IMG/VR virus record: IMGVR_UViG_3300049049_000112
Coordinates: 1-58,949 of that record
DNA from: a virus
Strand: one strand, 5' to 3'
DNA length: 58,949 nucleotides
Shown here: positions 49,726-57,731 of the stretch, one piece after another
Numbering within the stretch: the first letter of the stretch is position 1
Layout of the letters: every line of letters begins with the position of its first letter
Position numbers and translations under genes: made by a program
The notes under the pieces: model-generated
What the model saw: only the letters and a program-made list of their open reading frames with translations
Database searches by the model: none
Told to the model about the DNA's origin: nothing

Positions 49726-49977
49726 ATGAAGCAAACCGAAAAGACTGTGTACGTAGTAGTTGCGGGCGGAAAGTACGTGAGGATCCACGTAGGACACGGA
49801 GACAAGCTGCCGGAGCGATACGAGATCTTGCGCCCCGAAGACATCGAGTACGACGCTCGTCAGATTGCAACGACAGCTCGACCAAAGGTGAAGGTCAACA
49901 GAATCGCTGTTCTTGAGGTCCTCAAGGGAGGGCTGCACGCCAAGAAGAGCAAGCCCACCGCCCACAGCGTCGCGTAG
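49726..49977 (+). CDS. Hypothetical protein (83 aa)
   Basis: ATG 49726 after gagggga; MKQTEKTVYVVVAGGKYV... Confidence 0.5.
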   Translation: MKQTEKTVYVVVAGGKYVRIHVGHGDKLPERYEILRPEDIEYDARQIATTARPKVKVNRIAVLEVLKGGLHAKKSKPTAHSVA

Positions 49978-50792
49978 TGGCCCGCCGCACCCTCGCTGAA
50001 GCCTTCGCGGAGACGCGAGCCGCTCGCGCCCAGCGCGGAGACAGCGGGCGCCGAGTTGCGCGAGCCAAGCGGGAGGCCATGGCGCCGCGCCCGCCAGCGG
50101 CAGCCGTCACGGCCTACACGAGCGTCATGGAGACGTACGCCGAACGCGTAGAACGGCTCGTGGAGCGCAAGGTTCTGTCACGTCTGCCTATCCTGGGCTC
50201 CGGTGACACGCTGGACCTCGAGGGCGGGCTCCTCGAGCTGGAGGCAGAGCTCGACTCCCTGGCGGGGAAGGTCGGCCGCTCTGCGCTCGCTGCCGGCAAG
50301 CGGGTGTCGACGCACGGCCGCTCCGAAGTCGGCCGCATGATGAAAGTCAAGATGCCGCTGCCAGACCTCCGGACGAAGGCAGCCATAGACGCCTTCGCCG
50401 AGCGGAACATCGAGCTCGTACGCAAGGCAGGGCGGGCCCAGGTAGCGCGCATCCGCAAGGCGATAGCGGAGCACGAAGAGGGCGACTCGCTGCGCAGAGA
50501 CATCACGGACGCGCTCTGGGTCAGCCGCAACCGGGGTAAGATGATCGCCCGCGACCAGGCTTACAAGTTCCACGCCCAGACGATCGAGGAGTGGTCGCGG
50601 GCTGCGGGCTCGGAAGAATATCTGTGGGCGGCGCACAAGGACGAGCGGACGCGCCCCGGCCACGCTCGGCTGGACGGCACGAGGCACCGGTATGACAACC
50701 CGCCCAACACGGGGCGGCTCGAAGGCTTCAACCGTCCAGGTCAGGCCGCGAACTGCCGGTGCCGCATGGTCCCTGTCGAGGCACTCTACTAG
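49977..50792 (+). CDS. Head morphogenesis protein (Mu F / SPP1 gp7-like)
   Basis: 271 aa; TAGTG overlap start; DERTRPGHARLDGTRH...NCRCRMVPV C-terminal signature. Confidence 0.8.
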   Translation: MARRTLAEAFAETRAARAQRGDSGRRVARAKREAMAPRPPAAAVTAYTSVMETYAERVERLVERKVLSRLPILGSGDTLDLEGGLLELEAELDSLAGKVGRSALAAGKRVSTHGRSEVGRMMKVKMPLPDLRTKAAIDAFAERNIELVRKAGRAQVARIRKAIAEHEEGDSLRRDITDALWVSRNRGKMIARDQAYKFHAQTIEEWSRAAGSEEYLWAAHKDERTRPGHARLDGTRHRYDNPPNTGRLEGFNRPGQAANCRCRMVPVEALY

Positions 50793-50794
50793 GG

Positions 50795-50803
50795 TGCTAC
50801 CCT
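50795..50803 (+). promoter_or_regulatory. Extended -10 box TGCTACCCT, 6 nt before ATG 50810 (leaderless)
   Basis: tgctaccct-tgtagt-ATG. Confidence 0.55.
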
Positions 50804-50809
50804 TGTAGT

Positions 50810-51805
50810 ATGAAGTGCACTATCGATCGCGCTGGCGTCCTGAGCAACTCGCGCCGCACGGCTACCGGGGGCTACCTAGTCGACGCCACGCTGGCCAAGG
50901 TTGGGGTGATGCTCTACGCCGACGAGAGCGGCAAGCCGGTCCGGCACTACAACCCGCCCGAGGTCCTGCAGTCTGCGCTCGACGGCTTGGCCACGGCACC
51001 TGTTACGAATCGTCACCCGGCGCAGTTCGTGAGCCCCGAAACGTATCAGAAGGTGGCCGCAGGGCACGTGGTGGGCACGGCCGCGTTCGAGGACGGGCAC
51101 GTCAAGGCGACGCTGGCGATCAACGATGCCGCGCTCATCCGCGACATCGAGCTCGGGGTCTGCCGCGAAGTCAGCATGGGCTACATGGTCGACACGGCAC
51201 CGGCAGAGGTAGCCGACGAGTACGACGTAGTCCGCACCAAGATCGAGTGGAATCACGTCGCGATAGTACCGAGCGGCCGAGCCGGCAAGTCCGTCCGACT
51301 GCTGCTAGATTCAAACGAGATACCCAACCAAGACGAGGTAAAAGTGGCACTGAAGATCAATGGCGCCGAAGTGGCGGATGACAAGGCACAGGCGGCGATT
51401 GACTCTCTCGAGGGCCAGCTCGTGGCGGTCTCGAAGGAACGCGATGCGCTGAAGGCAGCGAAGGACGCGGCGGACGCAGCGCTGGCGAAAGCCACGAGCG
51501 ACGAGGCGATCGACGCTGCTGTGGCGGAGAGACTTGACCGCGAGGCCAAGGCCAAGGCGCGGCAGGATAAGCTGGACCGCGTCAAGGCGGGCTACCCCGA
51601 CGTGGCAGTCGACGGCAAGTCCGACGACTACATTGACGCTCTGGACGTCGCGCTCGCGAAGCTGAAGGCCGCGGACCCCGACGGCCTCAAGCAGATCAAG
51701 AACGACAGCCCAGGCGGCAAGAACGAGCAGACGGACGCTGCGCCGGTACTCAGCGCGCGAGAGCAGATGCTGGCCCGCCAGCGTAAGCCGCTCCTCCAGG
51801 CGTAG
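50810..51805 (+). CDS. Prohead protease/scaffold-like protein (DUF2213-like) with Ala/Lys/Asp coiled-coil tail
   Basis: 331 aa; RRTATGGYLVDATLAKVGVMLY...APVTNRHP...EVSMGYMVD pattern; C-terminal scaffold-like helix. Confidence 0.7.
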   Translation: MKCTIDRAGVLSNSRRTATGGYLVDATLAKVGVMLYADESGKPVRHYNPPEVLQSALDGLATAPVTNRHPAQFVSPETYQKVAAGHVVGTAAFEDGHVKATLAINDAALIRDIELGVCREVSMGYMVDTAPAEVADEYDVVRTKIEWNHVAIVPSGRAGKSVRLLLDSNEIPNQDEVKVALKINGAEVADDKAQAAIDSLEGQLVAVSKERDALKAAKDAADAALAKATSDEAIDAAVAERLDREAKAKARQDKLDRVKAGYPDVAVDGKSDDYIDALDVALAKLKAADPDGLKQIKNDSPGGKNEQTDAAPVLSAREQMLARQRKPLLQA

Positions 51806-51823
51806 TATCGGCCGTGCTACGCT
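51802..51823 (+). promoter_or_regulatory. Late promoter box GTAGTATCG-N4-TGCTACGCT
   Basis: Overlaps the upstream TAG; 87-nt leader with gaagga before ATG 51911. Confidence 0.5.
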
Positions 51824-51910
51824 AGTGTCAAGCGCCACTATCGGCGCGAGTTGGCGCCCCGGCTGCGAGAGCAGTGTTACGGCTACGGGCCAAAGAAGGA
51901 CACTACCCAG

Positions 51911-52816
51911 ATGGCACTACAGAGTTCATATTCCCAGGCCCCTTCTTTGGCGCTGCTCGGTCAACTGACCGACGCATTCTCGCCGCAGGGCTGCTCGGCC
52001 AAGGTCGCGCGCGGCATGGTCAAGGCTGGCTACGGCGTGTTCAAGGTGAACACGGTTGGCGGCTCGGGCGGCGGCGCCTCGGGCACCAGCATGCTGGCTC
52101 CTGGCTCCGTGCTGCAGACTCCGAGCCCCGCGCTCACGGTCGACGTGGACGCCATCGGCAGCGTCGCCTCGAGCGGCAGCATTCAGACCCTGACGACTTT
52201 CAACGGTGTCGTGGGCCTCACCGAGATGCAGCCCGCTCGTCAGGTGACTTTCACCTGCGACGCGTCTACGGACTGGGATGCCACCAACGTCACGCTGACC
52301 GGCGTGAATCACCTCGGTCAGACCGTGAGCGAGACTCTCGCCATCGCAACGTCGACCACGGCCACCAGCGTGAACCGCTACCGCTCGGTGACGAGCGTCG
52401 TGATTCCCGTGCAGACCGGCGCAGGCGGCACCGGGACGATCGGTATCTCTGCCGTGACCGCGCTCACGATCGCTGACTTCCGCGGCGTCGCGGTCCGTCA
52501 GGAGACCAAGACCACCAACTCCACCGCTGGCCTCTACGGCTACCCCGGCCTGACGGCTGCGCAACTCGCGGTGACCGCGGACTACGTGGACGGCGAGTCG
52601 GTGCCCTGCTTGTACTCGGGCGGTATCTGGTGCTTCACCGAAGAGGCTGTGTCGGATGGTGACCCCGTGTACGTCCGTATCGCTGCCGGCGCTGGCGGCT
52701 CCGCTCTCGGCGCGTTCCGAAACGACGCCGACACCGCGAGCTGCGTGCTCGTAGTAGGCGCCCGCTTCACGGCGGACTGCGCGGCTGGCCTCGGGCGCCT
52801 ACGTCTGACATACTAA
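51911..52816 (+). CDS. Head decoration-like structural protein
   Basis: 301 aa between the scaffold and major capsid genes; termini (VKAGYGVFKV ... GDPVYVRIAAG) resemble DUF2190-type decoration proteins with an insert. Confidence 0.5.
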   Translation: MALQSSYSQAPSLALLGQLTDAFSPQGCSAKVARGMVKAGYGVFKVNTVGGSGGGASGTSMLAPGSVLQTPSPALTVDVDAIGSVASSGSIQTLTTFNGVVGLTEMQPARQVTFTCDASTDWDATNVTLTGVNHLGQTVSETLAIATSTTATSVNRYRSVTSVVIPVQTGAGGTGTIGISAVTALTIADFRGVAVRQETKTTNSTAGLYGYPGLTAAQLAVTADYVDGESVPCLYSGGIWCFTEEAVSDGDPVYVRIAAGAGGSALGAFRNDADTASCVLVVGARFTADCAAGLGRLRLTY

Positions 52817-52856
52817 CGCTGGGCGTAGCCCACGAGGTCGTCGTTACGAGGGCCGA

Positions 52857-52899
52857 GCAAAGAGGCCTCCCTGGGAAACCTGGAGGCCTCTTGCTTTGG
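52857..52899 (+). terminator. Rho-independent terminator
   Basis: gcaaagaggcctcc-loop-ggaggcctcttgc followed by TTTGG. Confidence 0.65.
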
Positions 52900-52927
52900 T
52901 GCCTCGGCGACATGTATCAAACGTGCA

Positions 52928-52936
52928 TGCTACTCT
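52928..52936 (+). promoter_or_regulatory. Extended -10 box TGCTACTCT upstream of the major capsid gene
   Basis: 55-nt leader containing the gtcgc-cgg-gcgac hairpin. Confidence 0.5.
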
Positions 52937-52991
52937 CAAGGTAGTAAAGCCGCGGCGTAGTCGCCGGGCGACGAAAGGGTCCCGGCAGCAT

Positions 52992-53984
52992 ATGAAAATA
53001 GTATTCGACGCAGAAGTCCTCGCGGCAGTCCCCGATCTGGCGAGCGTCTCAGACGAAGTCAAGCGCGCGGCGCTAGCTCACGGCGTCAAGGACGCGAGCG
53101 AGACTCTCGTCTTTGCCCGCCAGCTGGAACACATCAAGAACCGTCTTTACAAGAAGGTGTACGCAGAGCTCAAGGGCCGGCAGTTCGTGCCCATGTCGAA
53201 CGAGGCAGGCCCGAACAAGGAGTTCGTGACCTACCGCGTGTGGACCGGTGTGACGATGGCCAAGCTCGTCACCAACTACTCCACGGACTTCGAGACCGTG
53301 ACCGCGATGGCCGAAGAGCAGTTCCTGAAGTTCCATGACTTCGGTAACGCCTACGAGTTCAGCATGCGCGACCTGCAGCTGGCTGCGGCGGCTGGCGTGC
53401 AGCTGCAGAGCATGAAGGCCGAGCTCGCTCGAGACGGCCACGAGCTCGCCATCGACGAAGCGATCGCCATCGGCGTGCCGCAGGTGAAGACCTACGGTCT
53501 CACCAACCACCCGAACATCCCGCTCCTGTCGCTGACCACGGGCAACTGGCCCGCGTCGACCGGCATTCAGATCCTCGCTGATATGGAGTCGATCATCACG
53601 CAAATGGAGAACACGACCCTCGAGATTCACCGTCCGAACGTGATTCTCATGTCGACGCTCGCTCGTCGACTGATCGCGACCAAGCCGTACGACAGCGCCT
53701 CGGGCGCCCTTACGGTCCTCCAGGTCTTCCAGGCGCGCAACCCCGGCGTCCGTGTGGAGTCCTGGACCAAGCTGGCCACCTCGGCAGCGAGCGGCACCAC
53801 GGGCCGCATCATCGCCTACAAGTACGACCCCACGATTCTCGAGTTCGAGGTAGGCGAGGAGTTCCATGCCTACCCCGCGTTCCAGAAGGGCATGAGCCTC
53901 GTTACTCCCTGCATGAGTCGCTTCGCTGGTGTGGTCATCCACCAACCGTTGGCTATTTCACACTTTGACAATCAACTCATTTGA
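52992..53984 (+). CDS. Major capsid protein (HK97-fold, DUF2184-like)
   Basis: 330 aa from ATG 52992; FARQLEHIKNRLYKKVYAELKGRQFVP...YEFSMRDLQLAAAAG pattern. Confidence 0.8.
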   Translation: MKIVFDAEVLAAVPDLASVSDEVKRAALAHGVKDASETLVFARQLEHIKNRLYKKVYAELKGRQFVPMSNEAGPNKEFVTYRVWTGVTMAKLVTNYSTDFETVTAMAEEQFLKFHDFGNAYEFSMRDLQLAAAAGVQLQSMKAELARDGHELAIDEAIAIGVPQVKTYGLTNHPNIPLLSLTTGNWPASTGIQILADMESIITQMENTTLEIHRPNVILMSTLARRLIATKPYDSASGALTVLQVFQARNPGVRVESWTKLATSAASGTTGRIIAYKYDPTILEFEVGEEFHAYPAFQKGMSLVTPCMSRFAGVVIHQPLAISHFDNQLI

Positions 53985-53992
53985 CAGTACCT

Positions 53993-54001
53993 TGCTACCA
54001 T
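53993..54001 (+). promoter_or_regulatory. Extended -10 box TGCTACCAT at the start of HNH paralog 2
   Basis: Overlaps ATG 54000; the second in-frame ATG 54006 lies 4 nt after the box. Confidence 0.4.
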
Positions 54002-54662
54002 GCGAATGGTAGCTGTCTGTCAGGGAACCGAAAAACACAAAGGCTGCGGCGAAGTGAAAACACTCAACGCCCGCAGCCTTTGTGGTGCTTGTTACGCAAA
54101 GCACCAAGCCAAAGGCTGGCTGGAACCCTCCCGGCAGAGGGTGCGCAAAGAAGGGCAAAAACAATGCAGCCAGTGCCCTTCCCCTGTCTACGGACGCGGT
54201 TTGTGTAGAGCTTGCTACAAGAAAGAGTACGTCGCGCCCACGAAGCCGTGCAAGGCTTGCGGGGAGAGTAAACCCACTCAAGGGCACGGCATGTGCCAGC
54301 GCTGCTACATGCAGAGCAACTCTCCCCAGTACAACAAGAACCGTAGGACAGCGTTCGGTTCGCTCTGCGACGAGGACAAGGAAAAACTGAGGGCGCACCA
54401 GCGCCGCTATCGACGAACCCGTCTGTACGGGCTGAGCCCTCAGGACCAGCGAGCAATGCTTGAAGGGCAGAACAACACCTGCGCGATCTGCCCTCACGAG
54501 TTCAGCGACGGGTCTTATCACGTCGACCACTGCCACAAAACAGGCAAGGTGCGCGGGCTACTGTGCCAGAAGTGCAACCGAGGCCTCGGTCACTTCAACG
54601 ACGAGACGCTCAGGCTGGAGCGAGCCAAGGCGTATCTCGAAGCGCACAACCAGCTCATCTAA
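54000..54662 (+). CDS. Endonuclease VII-type HNH homing endonuclease (paralog 2 of 3)
   Basis: VDHCHKTGKVRGLLCQKCNRGLG; several CxxC pairs in the N-terminal half; inserted after the major capsid gene. Confidence 0.85.
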   Translation: MRMVAVCQGTEKHKGCGEVKTLNARSLCGACYAKHQAKGWLEPSRQRVRKEGQKQCSQCPSPVYGRGLCRACYKKEYVAPTKPCKACGESKPTQGHGMCQRCYMQSNSPQYNKNRRTAFGSLCDEDKEKLRAHQRRYRRTRLYGLSPQDQRAMLEGQNNTCAICPHEFSDGSYHVDHCHKTGKVRGLLCQKCNRGLGHFNDETLRLERAKAYLEAHNQLI

Positions 54663-54694
54663 GACCTGCCGGTATCTTCCTTCAGGCAATACTA

Positions 54695-54722
54695 CACCCT
54701 GTCGATTTCGGTCGACAGGGTG
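54695..54722 (+). terminator. Perfect 11-bp stem hairpin after HNH paralog 2
   Basis: caccctgtcga-tttcgg-tcgacagggtg; only a weak T tract follows. Confidence 0.5.
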
Positions 54723-54748
54723 TAGTAGTTTCTGGCACCATCGTGAGT

Positions 54749-55333
54749 ATGAGCAACCACGCAGTACTGACGTCTTCGCAGGACATGGGCTGGCAGACAC
54801 CGGAGTCGTACCTCGAGCTGGTGCGCAAGGTCGGCCCGATACTCTTCGACCCGTGCACGGTGTCATCGAACCCAACGAAGGCGGCGTACTACGTTCCGCA
54901 CGACAAAGGAGCCAACGCCCTCGCGTTCCTGGTCTCTTGGGCGAAGCACGTGCAGTCCTTCCGCCTTCAAGGCCACCAGGGCCTGACGTTCGTAAACCCG
55001 CCATACGGCGACGCGCTGCCTGGCTGGACGGAGAAAGTTCTGGAAGAGACCGCTCAAGGCCTCGAGGTTGTATTCCTGGTCCCGGCTCGCCCCGACACTC
55101 GCTGGCACAACCGAGCGCTTCACGAAGCAGATTGTACGCTCTTCCACGGCAAGCGTATTCAGTTCCTGGACGCCGCGACAGGCAAGCCGCGTATGACCCA
55201 GTGCAAGAAGACGGGCAAGTGGACGAAGAACTCTGCGGCCTTCCCGAGTAGCACTTTCTACTTCGGCCCCAACGTGGACAAGTTTCGCGCAGCTTTCGCC
55301 GGCCAAGGCACTTTCGTGAAGGTCCTCGGCTGA
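54749..55333 (+). CDS. DNA N6-adenine methyltransferase (phage Dam-family fold)
   Basis: 194 aa; WQTPESY, LFDPC, FVNPPYG (NPPY), FLVPARPDTRW, GKRIQF match the phage Dam family; target sequence unknown. Confidence 0.8.
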   Translation: MSNHAVLTSSQDMGWQTPESYLELVRKVGPILFDPCTVSSNPTKAAYYVPHDKGANALAFLVSWAKHVQSFRLQGHQGLTFVNPPYGDALPGWTEKVLEETAQGLEVVFLVPARPDTRWHNRALHEADCTLFHGKRIQFLDAATGKPRMTQCKKTGKWTKNSAAFPSSTFYFGPNVDKFRAAFAGQGTFVKVLG

Positions 55334-55343
55334 TTTCTCTGGC

Positions 55344-55367
55344 GTAGTATCGTAGTCGAATCATACT
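55344..55367 (+). promoter_or_regulatory. GTAGTATCG element plus CATACT -10-like hexamer, 6 nt before ATG 55374
   Basis: gtagtatcg-tagtcgaat-catact-caccgt-ATG; lacks the TG. Confidence 0.4.
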
Positions 55368-55373
55368 CACCGT

Positions 55374-55835
55374 ATGAGTATCGGAAACGTCCTGCGTATC
55401 GAGAACAACACGGCCCGCAAGCTCGGGCTGCCTCCCACCCAAACCTTCCCGGCTGGCGTCGCCCTGATCCCCGGACTCAACACGGTCCCGGCCGGCTACA
55501 TGGCCGAGCTCGACGCCGTCGAAGTCGAGTGCGAAATCCAAGGCAAGAAAGGCACGCGCCGCCCCGGCCGCGAGGCCGTTGAGCTGCTGCTGCGGCCGAC
55601 TACGATCGTGACGCCGAACAGCAAGACCTTCGGTCCCCAGATTACGATCTTCAGCGACGACCAAGCAGGCCGCGCGGACGGCCCTCCGATGCCTCCCGAC
55701 TTGCTTGACCTGAAGGTCGCGGCAGCCGTCAAGTTCGTGCAGGTCACGAACGACGCAGAGGCGCTGAAGCGCTGGCAGAAGGCAGACAAGCGTCCCGAGG
55801 TGCTCACCGCCATCTCCGCGAAGCTCGGGGGCTAG
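55374..55835 (+). CDS. Hypothetical virion-module protein (153 aa)
   Basis: Intact ORF between the methyltransferase and connector genes. Confidence 0.55.
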   Translation: MSIGNVLRIENNTARKLGLPPTQTFPAGVALIPGLNTVPAGYMAELDAVEVECEIQGKKGTRRPGREAVELLLRPTTIVTPNSKTFGPQITIFSDDQAGRADGPPMPPDLLDLKVAAAVKFVQVTNDAEALKRWQKADKRPEVLTAISAKLGG

Positions 55836-55837
55836 TC

Positions 55838-55999
55838 GTGAGCAAGACTCCCGAGTTCGATGACTGCTGGGTGTGCGAGGGCTGCGGCCGAGCGACCGAG
55901 GGAGTCAACCCGCCTGACAAGTGCAGCATGTGCGACCACGAGTACTTCGAGAACATTTCTGACATGCTCCAGCAGTCGAAGTCGGCCACCCAACACTAG
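55838..55999 (+). CDS. Rubredoxin-like zinc-ribbon mini-protein (53 aa)
   Basis: GTG 2 nt after the upstream TAG; CWVCEGCG...CSMCDH; below the track cut-off. Confidence 0.5.
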   Translation: MSKTPEFDDCWVCEGCGRATEGVNPPDKCSMCDHEYFENISDMLQQSKSATQH

Positions 56000-56000
56000 G

Positions 56001-56009
56001 TGCTATCCT
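56001..56009 (+). promoter_or_regulatory. Extended -10 box TGCTATCCT, 5 nt before ATG 56015 (leaderless)
   Basis: tgctatcct-gaggg-ATG. Confidence 0.55.
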
Positions 56010-56014
56010 GAGGG

Positions 56015-56371
56015 ATGGCCGACATAGTCAGCAACGCGACCTTCCTCGAAGCGCACCCGGAGTTCTCCGGCGCCACGGAAGCGCTGGTGACCAACGCGAT
56101 AGCACGCGCCGCGCGCAGGACGAACGCGACGGTCTACCAGAGCGCAGAGCTCGCTGCCGACGCGGTCATTCTCCGCGCTGCCGTTATACTTGTGCTCAGC
56201 CCTTACGGGCGGAAGATGCGCAGCGAGAGCCCGGAGCAGGTGCTGGCCTGGGAGTATCAGCTCCGGCAGCTGCAGCGCCAGGCTACCACTGGGCTGCGTG
56301 TGTTCGTCTCCCTTCTGGGGTTGCTAACGGTGAGTAAGTTGCTACTATTCGTAGTGTGCGCAGCTGCCTAA
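56015..56371 (+). CDS. Head-tail connector/adaptor (DUF4054-like) with an odd hydrophobic C-terminal extension
   Basis: FLEAHPEFSGATEALVTNAIARAARR...AAD pattern; the last ~25 codons run through the promoter box and start of HNH paralog 3. Confidence 0.65.
   Translation: MADIVSNATFLEAHPEFSGATEALVTNAIARAARRTNATVYQSAELAADAVILRAAVILVLSPYGRKMRSESPEQVLAWEYQLRQLQRQATTGLRVFVSLLGLLTVSKLLLFVVCAAA
56340..56348 (+). promoter_or_regulatory. Extended -10 box TGCTACTAT, 7 nt before GTG 56356 (leaderless)
   Basis: tgctactat-tcgtagt-GTG. Confidence 0.5.
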
Positions 56372-56919
56372 CTCCCGATTGCCCAAGAGACGCAGAGCGT
56401 AAAGGGCGCTGCAGACCGTGCAGCAATGCACGTCGTAGAGCGCTCTACGTTCCGGGCAGTACAAGCACACAGCGTAAAGAGTACAGAAGCAGGAACCTCG
56501 AGCGCATACGCGCCTACGATCGTGCTCGAGGTAGCCACTCAACACCAGAGAAAGCCAGGATGTACTCAAAAGTGAGTAGGCTGAAGCCGAAAAACCTGGA
56601 GGCCGAGACGCAGAGGCAGCGGAGACGAAGAGCGGGGTTCTACGACGGCTTGGCGGATGCTTGTCGGGAGCTACAGAAGGGCGTGTGCGCCATGCCGGGG
56701 TGCGGGCAGATCCTGACGAAAACAGGAAACCGCGGCAAGCACGGAGAGTGCGCGGATCACGATCACGATACGGGGAAAGCGCGCGGCTTGCTCTGCAAGC
56801 GGTGCAACGTGCAGCTCGGAGCGTGGGAGATCCTAGAGAAAAACAACGCAGCGCGGGAGTACATACGAAACACTCCGGTGATGCAGGTGGAAGCCCAGAT
56901 GCAGCACAAGGCCAGCTAG
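56356..56919 (+). CDS. Endonuclease VII-type HNH homing endonuclease (paralog 3 of 3)
   Basis: ADHDHDTGKARGLLCKRCNVQLG; N-terminal CxxDC/CxxC pairs. Confidence 0.85.
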   Translation: MRSCLTPDCPRDAERKGRCRPCSNARRRALYVPGSTSTQRKEYRSRNLERIRAYDRARGSHSTPEKARMYSKVSRLKPKNLEAETQRQRRRRAGFYDGLADACRELQKGVCAMPGCGQILTKTGNRGKHGECADHDHDTGKARGLLCKRCNVQLGAWEILEKNNAAREYIRNTPVMQVEAQMQHKAS

Positions 56920-57434
56920 TGGCGAAGACGTCCGTCACAATCAAAGATCGGGACCTGGGCTTCAAAAAGCTCGCAGCCACGCTCGGCGAGATGGGCTCGA
57001 TCACGCTCGGCGTGCAGGGCAAGGAGGCGCTCGAGAAGCACCCCGAGTCGGAGCTCACGGTCGGGGAGATAGCCGCCATCCACGAGCTCGGCCTCGGCGT
57101 GCCGAAGCGCTCATGGCTGCTGTCCTGGATGGACGCCAACAGCGCGCGCATGCTGCGCGAGGCGCAGACCTCGCTGGCGCTGGTCATGAAAGGCGTGATC
57201 TCGCGCAACAAGGCCATGGCCGCGCTCGGCTTCGAGTGGACCAAGGAGATTCGAGAGGTCGTGTCCAGCGGCGGAGTAACGCCTGGGCTGCCTCAGCCCC
57301 GCCCAGACGGGACTACAGCTCCACTGTACGATACACATACACTCCACAACTCAATCACCTACAAGGTCTTCTTGCCGGCCTTCAAGTCCATCCACGATCC
57401 GGCCCAGCGCGCAGCCGCACGCGGCGGCAAGTAG
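56919..57434 (+). CDS. HK97 gp10-like head-tail joining protein
   Basis: 171 aa from GTG 56919 (TAGTG overlap); EIAAIHELGLGVPKRSWL signature. Confidence 0.7.
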   Translation: MAKTSVTIKDRDLGFKKLAATLGEMGSITLGVQGKEALEKHPESELTVGEIAAIHELGLGVPKRSWLLSWMDANSARMLREAQTSLALVMKGVISRNKAMAALGFEWTKEIREVVSSGGVTPGLPQPRPDGTTAPLYDTHTLHNSITYKVFLPAFKSIHDPAQRAAARGGK

Positions 57435-57712
57435 TGGACGGCCCCGAGCTAAAAGGGCTACCGCAGCCCCCGGACAAGCCCAAGCGACACGGACCCAAGC
57501 TGCCGCGTAGTCGCGGGCGCAGCGCAGTAGGGAAACTGAGTAAGCGCAGCGGCTTCCGTGCTTTTGGCAAGAGGAGGAAGAGCGGGCTCCTCAAGTTCAT
57601 AGTGAAGCTGATCAAGAAGGCTGCGCGCACCAAGCGCTCCAGCGACTTCAGGAACAGGGGCTTCACAAACAGCGGGCGCGGCGGACGCACAGGGTTCGCG
57701 GGCATGCGGTAG
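57434..57712 (+). CDS. Extremely basic small protein (92 aa)
   Basis: GTG 57434 (TAGTG overlap); about 28 Lys/Arg versus 4 Asp/Glu by my count; GC-rich third positions. Confidence 0.45.
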   Translation: MDGPELKGLPQPPDKPKRHGPKLPRSRGRSAVGKLSKRSGFRAFGKRRKSGLLKFIVKLIKKAARTKRSSDFRNRGFTNSGRGGRTGFAGMR

Positions 57713-57717
57713 TGCAG

Positions 57718-57726
57718 TGCTACTCT
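57718..57726 (+). promoter_or_regulatory. Extended -10 box TGCTACTCT, 5 nt before GTG 57732 (leaderless)
   Basis: tgctactct-agagg-GTG. Confidence 0.55.
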
Positions 57727-57731
57727 AGAGG

